Made by a program: the position numbers and the translations under genes. Under the pieces are notes generated by a model. The model saw nothing but the letters and a program-made list of their open reading frames with translations. It was not told where the DNA came from and searched no databases. 64,000 bases of DNA, taken from assembly GCF_009914755.1 (NCBI RefSeq), contig NC_060926.1; one strand, written 5' to 3'. Of the stretch, positions 53,368-64,000 are shown piece after piece (the first letter of the stretch is position 1; each line of letters starts with the position of its first letter). Source of the stretch: the human T2T-CHM13v2.0 reference genome, Homo sapiens.

Positions 53368-53525
53368 GAGAACCTTCAGTGTATGTTAGAAACTTCTGGG
53401 AGGGCTTGGCCAAGATACAAGCTCTGGATCCCACCACGGAGATTCTGCTTCTGCAGGCTGAGGTCTGTCCAGGAAACAGCATTTTAATAAGCTCAGATTC
53501 TGATTTGGATGATCTTTGAAACAAA
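53368..53525. mobile_element. MER5A-like DNA transposon remnant
   Basis: ttagaaacttctgggagggcttg...gagattctg...ccaggaaacagcattttaataagctc. Confidence 0.6.
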
Positions 53526-53639
53526 CCAAAGCCCAATACACACAAGCTTCCCAATCACTTGCAGTTAATTTTCACAAACGTTTTCTTATATTCATTATTA
53601 ATCTAGAAAAAAAGCAATAAATATTTTCTAAGCACTTCT

Positions 53640-54605
53640 TTTTAGAAATTATTTTTATTATGGTTACATATATGAAAAATAATAAAAATTGCCATTTTAA
53701 CCACTTTTAAGTGTACAAATCAGTGGCATTAATTCTATTCACAATGCTGTACTATCACATTATAGTAGGTAGTTACAGTTGTAACTGTTACCACGATCTA
53801 TTTCTTTCTTCTTTCTTTCTTTTCTTTTTTTTTTTTTTTTTTGAGGCAGAGTCTCGCTCTGTCACCCAGGCTGGAATGCAGTAGTGCGATCTCGGCTCAC
53901 TGGAACCTCCGCCTCTCGGGTTCAAGCAATTCTCTGTCTCAGCCTCCCCAGTAGCTGGGATTACAGACGCCCACCACCACGCCTGGCTTAGTGTTGTATT
54001 TTTAGTAGAGACGGGGTTTCACCATGCTGGTCTTTAACGCCTGACCTCATGATCCACCAGCCTCGGCCTCCCAAAGTGCTGGGATTACAGGTGTGAGCCA
54101 CCGTACCCTGCCACCATTATCTGTTTCTAATACTTTTTCATTACCCACAAATAGGAACTTTTTACCCACCAAGAAATAATTTCTCATTCTCCCTTCATGC
54201 AGCCCCTGATAACCTCTGATCTTCCTACCTCTATAACTGCACCCAATGTAGATATTTCATACCAGTAGAATCATACAAATTTGTCCTTTTGTGTCTGAAT
54301 TATTTCATTTAGCATAATGCTTCCAAAATTCATTCATGTTGTAGCAAGTAGTGGAACTTCATTTCTTTCTATGGCTGAATAATATTCCATTGCATGGATA
54401 TATCACAATTTATGTATTCATTCATCAGTTAATGGACACATATTTCCACCCTTTGGCTATTGGGAATAGTGCTGCTATGGACATTTGTCCATAAGTATCT
54501 GCTTGAACCCCTGTTTTCAATTCTTTTGTGTATATACATAGGAATGGGGTTGCTAGGTTATATGATAGTTCCAGGAATAACATTTTGAGGATCAACCACC
54601 AACCT
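53640..54605 (-). mobile_element. L1MB/L1MA 3' region interrupted by an Alu
   Basis: ccattttaaccacttttaagtgtacaaatcagtggcatt...atggctgaataatattccattgcatggatata...ggaatggggttgctagg. Confidence 0.88.
53806..54112 (-). mobile_element. Alu SINE (AluS)
   Basis: Full Alu. Degenerate TSD accacgatctatttct / accattatctgtttct. Confidence 0.95.
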
Positions 54606-55243
54606 ATTTCCCCCAAGCATTTCTTTTGTAGACCTAACAGAGCCCGTACCAGGGTTTGACAACAGATAACCTCTGACGCATATATGGTATGACAACAGCT
54701 CAACAGCACAATATATATTCATTTTATTTAACATCCAAACTCATTCTCTGAAGATTTGAACTGGCCTCTAAAATAATGTAAAATAAAGTAGATAAACATT
54801 AATAACTACAAAGCATATGCTATGCTGATATAAATTATTGTGAAAGATAAAATTCATTTTTGCCGGCTGCAGGAGATGACACAATGAGATTCTGAGTCCT
54901 CTGACAACCAATGCAAAAAGGGAAGTAGAAATAGTCTCCATCAGTGGCTCTCTAAAAAGCTATTTAACTCTTTCATGTGACTGAAAGTGAAAAATGACAT
55001 GAGATCCCCTTAGAACAACTTTGCTTAAAGTGCAAGTAGAGATTTGCTTCTTAGTCCAACTTCAAAGAGCCACAGAAGGGCCTGGATGGCACCCAGAGGG
55101 CCTCACAGCTGGAAATTAGTGAACTATAAAAGTCTCATTCTCCATCAGGGAAATCCACCTAGCATGGTGCTTTTCTCCAAGAAAGAAGCTTTTCTTGGCA
55201 TTTAGGAATGGTATTAACCTCTTGAGCCAAGCTCTCAAGCTCA

Positions 55244-55410
55244 GTGGAAGTGGTAGAGGTGGTGAGATGGTAGAGAAAGTGGAGAGGGTGAAGGTGGAGG
55301 AGGTGATGAATGGTGGAGAGGTTGGAGAGGGTAGAGGCAATGGAGGTGGTGGAAATGGTGTAAGTGGTGAAGATGTCAGATAGGCTGGAGAGGGTGAGGG
55401 AGCAGGGAGA
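55244..55410 (-). repeat. Purine-rich 9-bp-period array (reverse complement of the 56.1-56.7 kb array)
   Basis: gtggaagtggtagaggtggtgagatggtagagaaagtggagagggtgaaggtggaggagg... Confidence 0.85.
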
Positions 55411-56054
55411 ACAAGCGTGCACTCCCTGACTCCTGCAAAGGACAGGCTACTCGATCAGAGCCCCACAGCTATCTGGTCACTGGTATGCAGGGCTAATTCT
55501 CAAGTCCTTTTATTTCAACTAACTGCATGTCACTGAAGTCCAAATCAGAGTCCTGCTGTAGGATTTCAAGATGATGTGGATGAGTGCCACCATGTTTGTT
55601 GGCTTGGCCTGATTTGGACCAACAAATAATATGGATTGCTCAGATGTACCTACCACAAGGATGTCACGTAAATTTCCATTTGGGTGTCATAGGGACTAAG
55701 GGGAGGGAACAACAAAATCACTGGCTTATCTAAATGCAAAACCCTTACTATGTTGGAAAAATACAATGCTGTTCTAGCCCACTGTCACATATTTACTAGA
55801 ATAAGTATGGAGGCTAAGGAAAGACTCTGAATGCTTAAATAGAGTTTTGAAATGAATGTTGTTTGCAGATGTTGCAGTGATCACGATTTGAAATTGTTTT
55901 AAAGTGTTGCCAAAATTTGATGATATAGATTATATACACACACATATATATATATCTGTCTTCTTTTGAAAAATTGGAAGATGTGGTAATGCTGCATTCC
56001 CTGTAATAGCATTGCTGGTGGGAGGGGTGACAGATCTCACCCTGCACTCCTGCA

Positions 56055-56680
56055 CAGTCTCCATCTTCACTCTCTTCCCCAGCTCCTGATCTCCCCCACC
56101 TTCACTCTCTCCGCTCTTTCCACCACCTCGGCCACCTTCACCACCTCTTGCACCTTCATCCTCTCCACTCTTTTCACCATCTTCACCACCTATACCATCT
56201 CAACCATATCTACCACCTCTACCTACCTCCTCCACCTTCATGCTCTTCACCCTTTACAATCTCTCCACCATTGATACCATCCATCTCTACCATATCTTCT
56301 ATCTACACTAGCTCCACCATCTTCACCCTCTCCATCTTCTTCACCATCTTCACCACTTCCATCATCTCCACCTTCTCTACCGTTACCACCATCTCTACCA
56401 CCGTCACCGCCTCCACCCTCCCCAACCTCTCCATCATTTAACACCTCTACCATCTCCACCACCTCCACTTTCTCGACCATCTCATCATCTCTACCACCTC
56501 CACACCTCCACATTCTCCACCCTCTCCACCATCTCCACTGTCTCCACCACCTCCACTCTCTCCACCCTCTTCACCGTCTTTACCACCTGCACCCTTTCCA
56601 CCTCTTTACCATCTTACCACCTCCACCAGCTCCATCTTCTTTACCCTCTTCAACATCTCCACCTTCTCTATCAACTACAC
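56055..56680 (+). repeat. Pyrimidine-rich 9-bp-period array (TCCACCNTC)n
   Basis: tccaccctc tccaccatc tccactgtc tccaccacc tccactctc ... Confidence 0.92.
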
Positions 56681-58233
56681 TCATTGGCTCTCTGCATTTC
56701 CCAATGGAAAGGGATTGTGTGGTCTCTGGCCACTATTGTTCTAGGGAGGGCCACTGTTGTTCTTTGTTCAGAGGGAGGTCTAAAGGAGAAACATTTTGTT
56801 CCAAGGGAAGAGCATTTTACATTTTTATTTGTTCAATCAATATTTCAGAACAAGTGAAGACTCAGGACATTGGACTCTCGGCTCCTCCTGGAGGGGATCT
56901 GGTGAAGCTCTGCATCTGAGGACCTCAGGGAAGAAACCACCATCAAGGCACGTAGCAGCCAAGCCCCAGTCTAGTCTAGAGTCCAGCCCAAGGAGGTGGG
57001 GAAGAGGAGGTGAAATCAGTCAAGGGACAATGAGGAAGACTCCGAAACAACCACTTACAAATATGATGATATTTGCAGAAGAGCTTGGGAAGACCAGTGT
57101 GGAAAATTCTTTTATGCCAGAAAATGCATCTGCGGCACGTTTTCAAGCAGAAACAAGACGGGATTGTGAAGGCAACACAGCCTAGAATTTGCATGTGATT
57201 AAATTACAACCAAAGAAGTTGTGTGCATACATGCACACACACAAATCAGGAAGATGAAAATATGTGGGGATGAGACCATTAGACTACAAGCTCAGTGAGA
57301 GCAGGGACTGGGTCTCACATTTTCAAACCTCAGCCCAGGGCATGGCAAGAGAACTCTTTGCAGACCTGAGCTGAATCACAACTATGGAAACTACAATTAA
57401 ATAAGAATATGAATGTCCTGCAAAGTCAGAGGGAAAGTTCAATAAAAAGAGGAGAGAGAATGAGGCTTCATGGGGCACGTAGTAGCAAAAGCGTAACTTA
57501 GAAAGCTATTCTAAGTTTCCTATGATACACTGTTAATTGCGGAGGTGGAATTTGAGCTCAGCTCAGTGTGGCTACAAATTCATGTTAGATACACTGTGCT
57601 AAATAGTTCCTTTAAACCAAAGGATTTTTTAAAATACAAGAATTACTGCATAATAAAACATTGCCATTTTTTCAGATAGTTACTGAACCCAAAATGTGAA
57701 TTTCTGCCAGGAATTTATAGTGACTAGAAAGAACTTAAGAGTAAAATTAATAGACTGTCAAATAAAAGCGTTACAGCATGAGCTATATGAGGTCAGGGAC
57801 ATTTACTCAGCAGATGAATGCACATCCCTTCATGAACAATGAGGACACGTGAGCATGCCAGCCTCATCCTATGTTGGTAAATGTCTACAGAAACATGATC
57901 ATTGAGACATGCACAGGTATTAGCTACTAAAATATTCTCTCAGATATCTTATGGAAAGGCACTGTCTTGAAAATTCTCTAAATGAGATTAATTATGGACA
58001 ATTTTGTTTACTATGAATTTTTTCATACACGATCAGATATTTTAAGTCCCTGTCTTTCAAATAATATATTTGTCCTTTTTCTAAAGCATCACAAATACTC
58101 TTCTTGAACCTCTCAGAGACAGGTTCTTATAAAAGTGAGTCTAGATAGAATTCCCAAAAAAAAATTGTCAAATCAAAATTAATTACCGAATCATCTCCGT
58201 CCTGATCCTTTATGTTGGCCAAATGTTAGTTGA

Positions 58234-58564
<331 letters not shown>

Positions 58565-59973
58565 CGGAAGGAAGATTTTAGCTGAGCCTGTGAACCATGC
58601 TTTGGTCACTCTGTCCTCACAAGTCTGTTATGTGTTGGTAATTCACAAAACTGAAGTCCCCCTGGGGAGCTGAAACCACTCTTATAAGGTACCTGCGCCT
58701 TCTGAGGAGTATAATGCATTCCTGTGCTAGCCTTCTGATAGATAGTAAGGAGTTTCTCAGATTCACTTCTCAAACGAAGGGAGTTTAATACTGAGCTGCC
58801 TTCCAGGGAGCTGCCCCCACAGCCTGGGCTGGGAAGATCTCAGCGAGCTCTGGGGAGACCTGGAGGACAGAGGGTAGAACGGGACATGGAGCCAATGAAA
58901 GGAAGTCCGGCCGGACAGGCAGCTGTGACAGGCTCTTTCTGCCAGGTTCGCAGCTTCAAACAGCAACCACATTGCTTTTTGGCTCCAGAAAAATGTGAAA
59001 CACAGAGAGGTCAGTTATTTTCCTGGGTATCTTTGTTTAAGACAGATTTGGGGAAAGGGCCAGAGAAAGTTGGGGCTTGGGAATGATGCGCTCTGAGCAG
59101 TTCCACTTTGGGGAGATAAGGAGAGGAGCTCCTGAGACTGTACTGAGTGAGTTGTCCAAGGTTATGCGTCAAGGTCAACGGCAGTCAGCGCCAGGGGCTC
59201 TTGGTCACGGGGGAAGGGCTGCCAAACCCAGGTGCCCTGCTTCTCAGGCGCCTCCGGCAGGCCTCTGTAGCACTGGGATCGCCCTGTGAGAGATCCTCAC
59301 TTTTGGAAAGGTTTGATTTCCTTGACTTTCCCTTCCATTCAAACAACACCCCTTTCCATTTGATCGATTGCTAACATGTAACTGATAGCACTAACCTCAG
59401 CTCCCGGGTGCACGAGGGGTGCATTCACTCAGAGCAAGACCCTGTGCTCTGCTGTTCCTTGCTCTCATTTTCATTCTGCACTGGTGGAAAGGCAGGGAAT
59501 AGGCTCCTTTCATTTCAGAAATTCATTGGGGAAGGCGGCAGAAGCCGGAGCAAGAAGCGGAAGGAGTGTGAGGGAGGAGCTCCGCCCTCTCAGCATGGCT
59601 GCCCCGATGGGAGAAGGGAAAATGCAGGAATGGGAACTGGGATGCACAGCACATCTCTCAAAGGGACAAGCAGCAGCACATGCAAAGCGGCCACACTGCT
59701 CATGACTTTGCTGTTATTTCTGTTGGCTGAGGATGCTCGTTTTCAGTTGCATACTCAAGCATTGCACGGCCGCCTCGTTTGGAATTGTTGAAAATCTCTC
59801 TTATGCCCACCTGGCACATACTTCAGAAGCAGCGCCCTTAAAGAACAAAGTAAAAGAAAAAAAAAAACTGAACCATTAATTGCTATGTGGAGAAATGCAA
59901 ATACAATTCATTTTTCTTCTTATCTTGGACCAACAGCGGCTTTTATACCCTTTTGGGGTCCACCTCTGTGTAA

Positions 59974-60348
<375 letters not shown>

Positions 60349-60972
60349 AAAAGTAAATATTTTAAAATGTTGAAAATATGTTTGGAATTTGCCTATCTAT
60401 TCATGGTTATGCACACATGCTGCTACAACTTGCTACATTTCTCTCAGGCACATAGGTTGGGTAGAGCATTCTGTCTAATGATGGAAGTTGAATTCCTGTC
60501 AGAGGTCACCAGTTAAGATGGATTTAGCTCAGTCATGTGAGATTTGAGTCTTAAGACCTCCAAATTTCAACCATGGGTTAATAAAATTGGACTCTAAAAC
60601 AAAACAAAAAAACCTTTACCATGAGGTTTTAAGTTTGGAACTTGAAAATGCATAATGTTTGCAATGAAAAAAAAAGAAACTTGAACTCTCAAATTTAAAA
60701 AATAAGTCATGTGTATATGTGTGTGTAAGGAGTCCATATTCATGTTAAATGTATCTTTCCTGTCTACAAGCATGTGTTTGAGTTAATTAAAAGAGAATGT
60801 ATTAAATTTAAAGGCTGTTTGATTTCAACAATGAAGAATGTGCACAACTACTAGAAAAGTAGGAGTTTAAAGAACAAAACAACATCTGTAAAAATCTAAT
60901 TGGGTACAATACCTTGATATATTTTACTCCAAAAACTCACTTTTCAGTGGTAAATAAACTAAATATGCCTCT

Positions 60973-63269
60973 TGTATTAGTCCGTTTTCACAATGTTGAT
61001 AAAGACATACCCAAGACTAGGCAATTTACAAAAGAAAGAGGTTTAGTTGGACTTATAGTTCCATGTGGCTGGGGAGGCCTCACAATCATGGCAGAAGTCA
61101 AGGAAGAGCAAGTCAGATCTTACACGGATGGCAGCAGGCAAAGAGAGAGAGAGCCCGTGCCGGAAAACTCTCCCTTGAAATAACCATCAGATCTCATGAG
61201 ACTTAGTCACTATCATGAAAACAGCATAGGAAAGACCTGCCCCCATGATTCAGTTACCTCCCACCAGATCCCTCCCACAACATGTGGGAATTCAAGATTA
61301 ATTTTAGGAGGAGACACAGCCCAACCATATCATTCTGCCCTGGTCCCTACCAAACCTCATGTCCTCACATTTCAAAACTAATCATGCCTTCCCAACAGTC
61401 CCCTAAAGTCTTAACTCTTCAGCATTAACTCAAAAGTCCACAGTCCAAAGTTTCATCTTAGACAAGGCAAGTCCCTTCCATCTATAAGCCCATAAACTCA
61501 AAAGCAAGTGACTTACTTCCTAGATACAACGAGAGTATAGGCATTGGATAAATATAGTCATTCCAAATGGGAGACATCGGCCAAAACAAAGGGGCTACAG
61601 GACCCATGCAGGTCTGAAATCCAGCAGGGAAGTCAAATCTTAAAGTTCCAAAATGATCTCCTTTGACTCCATGTCTCACATCCAGGTCATGCTGATGCAA
61701 GAGGTAGGTTCCTATGGTCTTGGGCAACTCTACCCCTGTGGCTTTGCAGGGTACAGCCTCCCTCCTGGCTGCTTTCATGGGCTGGCTTTTCCAGCCCATG
61801 AGTGTCTGAGACTTTTCCAGGCACACTATACAAGCTGTCAGTGGATCTACCCTTCTGGGGTCTGGAAGACAGTGGCCCTTTCACAGCCCCACCAGGTGGA
61901 GCCCTAGTAGGTACTCTGTGTGGGAGCTTTGACCCCACATTTCCCACCACACTGCTCTAGCAGAGGTTCTCCATGAGAGCTGCCCCCCTGCAGCAAACTT
62001 CTGCCTGGACAGCCAGGTGTTTCTATACCTCCTCTGAAATCTAGGCAGAGGTTTCCCAAACCCCAATTCTTAACTTCTGTGCACTGGCAGGCTCAACATC
62101 ATGTGGAAGTTTGAGGCCTGCACCCTCTGAAGCCATGGCCTAAGCTGTCCGTTGGCCCTTTTCAGCCACAGCTGGAGTGGCTAGGATGCAGGGCACCAAG
62201 TCCTTAGGCTGCATACAGCACAAGGACCCTGGGCCTGGCCCATGAAACCACTTTTTCCTCCTAGGCCTCTGGGCTTGTGATAGGAGGAGCTGCTGTGAAG
62301 ACCTCTGAAATGCCCTGGAGACATTTACCGCATCATCTTGAGTATTAACATTTGGCTCCTTGTTACACAGATTTCTACAACTGGCTTGGATTTCTCCTCA
62401 GAAAATGGGATTTTCTTTTCTAACTTACTGTCAGGCTGCAAATTTTCCAAATTTCTATGCTCTACTTCTCTTATAAAACTGAATGCCTTTTATAGCACCC
62501 AAGTCACCTCTTGAATGTGTTGCTGCTTAGAAATTTCTTCCACCAGATACCCTAAATCATCTCTCTGAAGTTCAAAGGTCCACAAATCTCTAGGGCAGGG
62601 ACAAAATGCCACCAGTCTCTCTGTTAAAACATAAAAAGAGTCACATTTTGCTCCATTTCCCAGCAAGTTCCTTATCTCCATCTGAAACCACCTCAGCCTG
62701 GATTTCATAGTCCATATCATTATCAGCATTTTGGTTAAAGCCATTGAACAAGTCTCTAGAGAGTTCTCAACTTTCCCACATTTTCCTGCCTTCTTTTGAG
62801 CCTTCTAAACTGTTCCAACCTCTGCCTGTTACCCAGTTCCAAAGTTGCTTCCACATTTTCAGGTATCTTTTCAGCAGCACCCTACTCTACTGATACCAAT
62901 TTACTGTATTAGTCTGTTTTCACACTGCTTATAAAGACATACCCAAGACTGGGCAATTGACAAAAAAAAAAAAAAAAAAAAGAGGTTTAATTTACTTACA
63001 GTTCCACTTGGCTGGGGAAGCCTCACAATCATGGTGGGGGGCAAGGAAGAGCAAGTCACGTCTTACATGGATGGCAGCAAGCAAAGAGAGATTGTGCAAG
63101 GGAACCCCTCCTTAAAACAACCATCAGATCTTGTGAGACTTACACACTATCATGAAAACAGCATGAGAGATACCTGACCCCAAGATTCAATTACCTCCCA
63201 CCAGGTCCCTCCCACAATATGTGGGAATTCAAGATGAGATTCGGGTGGGGACACAGCCAAATCATATCA
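60973..63269 (-). mobile_element. Full-length THE1 (A/B-type) MaLR provirus: LTR 60973-61332, internal 61333-62904, LTR 62905-63269
   Basis: Two LTRs tgtattagtc...ccatatca. 5-bp TSD CCTCT at 60968-60972 and 63270-63274. Confidence 0.95.
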
Positions 63270-64000
63270 CCTCTTTATGAAAGTTTGACACTGAAGCAGC
63301 AAATGACTTTGCCGTTTAATTTTATTTAACTGTACAAAAGACTGAATTCATGAAATCCAACAAGTTGACTTTCAGATTTCATTCAAACATGATGATAAAG
63401 AGATTAAAAATTCATTTAGAGGACAAGAGAAATCTACTTTTCTTATGCATTAAAATGAATTAGGGTTGTAAGTGCCTATCAAATTAGGTTGTAAGTACCT
63501 GTTGATTTTCTGCAAGCACACTACCACACCTTTGTTTCATTAGAGACTGGTCACTTAAAATAAATGCATGTCTGCAAAATGTAGCAGAATGTTTACATGT
63601 CTACTTTCCCTATTATAAAATTCACCCTTTCCAGTCAGTGGTAACAAAAAAACCCCAAGAAAATTATGTAAGTAAACAGATTTCAGCTTAACTCTAAACT
63701 GTCTCAAATTTCAAAGTAAGTTGCCTTAATTACTCAGAAGTAGGGTTAAATCTGCACAAAAGAGAACAACGCAAACACACTGATAAGACCCTCTCTCAAA
63801 TAAAAAACTTTTGATTGTACATTTAATTGAAATTTGAAAGGTGAAATCAAAATGCCTTATATATGAGTTGCTCTCAGATAACAACCCAATTTATCTCTGG
63901 ATTTTTCTAATGATGATGTAGCTTCAGTGTCATTCTTGGCTATGACTTATTGGCAAAAATTCTATAAATCTATACTTGTAGCTTTATTTTTGAAAGTCAG

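Noticed and set aside
63458-63501. TTAGGG-containing short duplication
   Set aside because: A single TTAGGG within a ~24 bp tandem duplication, not a telomeric array.

Overview
Primate (human-like) genomic DNA with strong CpG depletion, dominated by interspersed repeats. I count about 20 Alus (16 on -, 4 on +, several with visible target-site duplications, TSDs), two full-length MaLR proviruses (THE1D/MSTA-type at 46.5-48.8 kb on +; THE1A/B-type at 61.0-63.3 kb on -), solo LTRs (MLT2, THE1, MER41, MER34-like, MLT1), L2, L1 and MIR remnants, hAT DNA-transposon relics (MER1B, MER3, MER5, MER30), a tRNA-derived MamSINE1-like relic, and several tandem or low-complexity arrays. No known protein-coding exon is recognisable, and the listed ORFs are mostly repeat artefacts. 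The main non-repeat signals are: (i) a chain of four + strand candidate exons (6563-6595, 8020-8078, 8736-8826, 11145 onward) whose splice phases join into one open 86-codon frame ending in a poly(A)-signalled terminal exon; (ii) a GC-box/ETS/FOX promoter-like element with a GTAAGT donor at 43.3-43.7 kb, a candidate alternative first exon of a downstream gene; (iii) a 9-bp-period array present in inverted orientation on both sides of a ~650 bp spacer at 55.2-56.7 kb. Repeat subfamily calls come from remembered consensus sequences, not from an alignment run. Boundaries without a TSD are approximate. I see no evidence of a prokaryotic-style system (CRISPR, operon).
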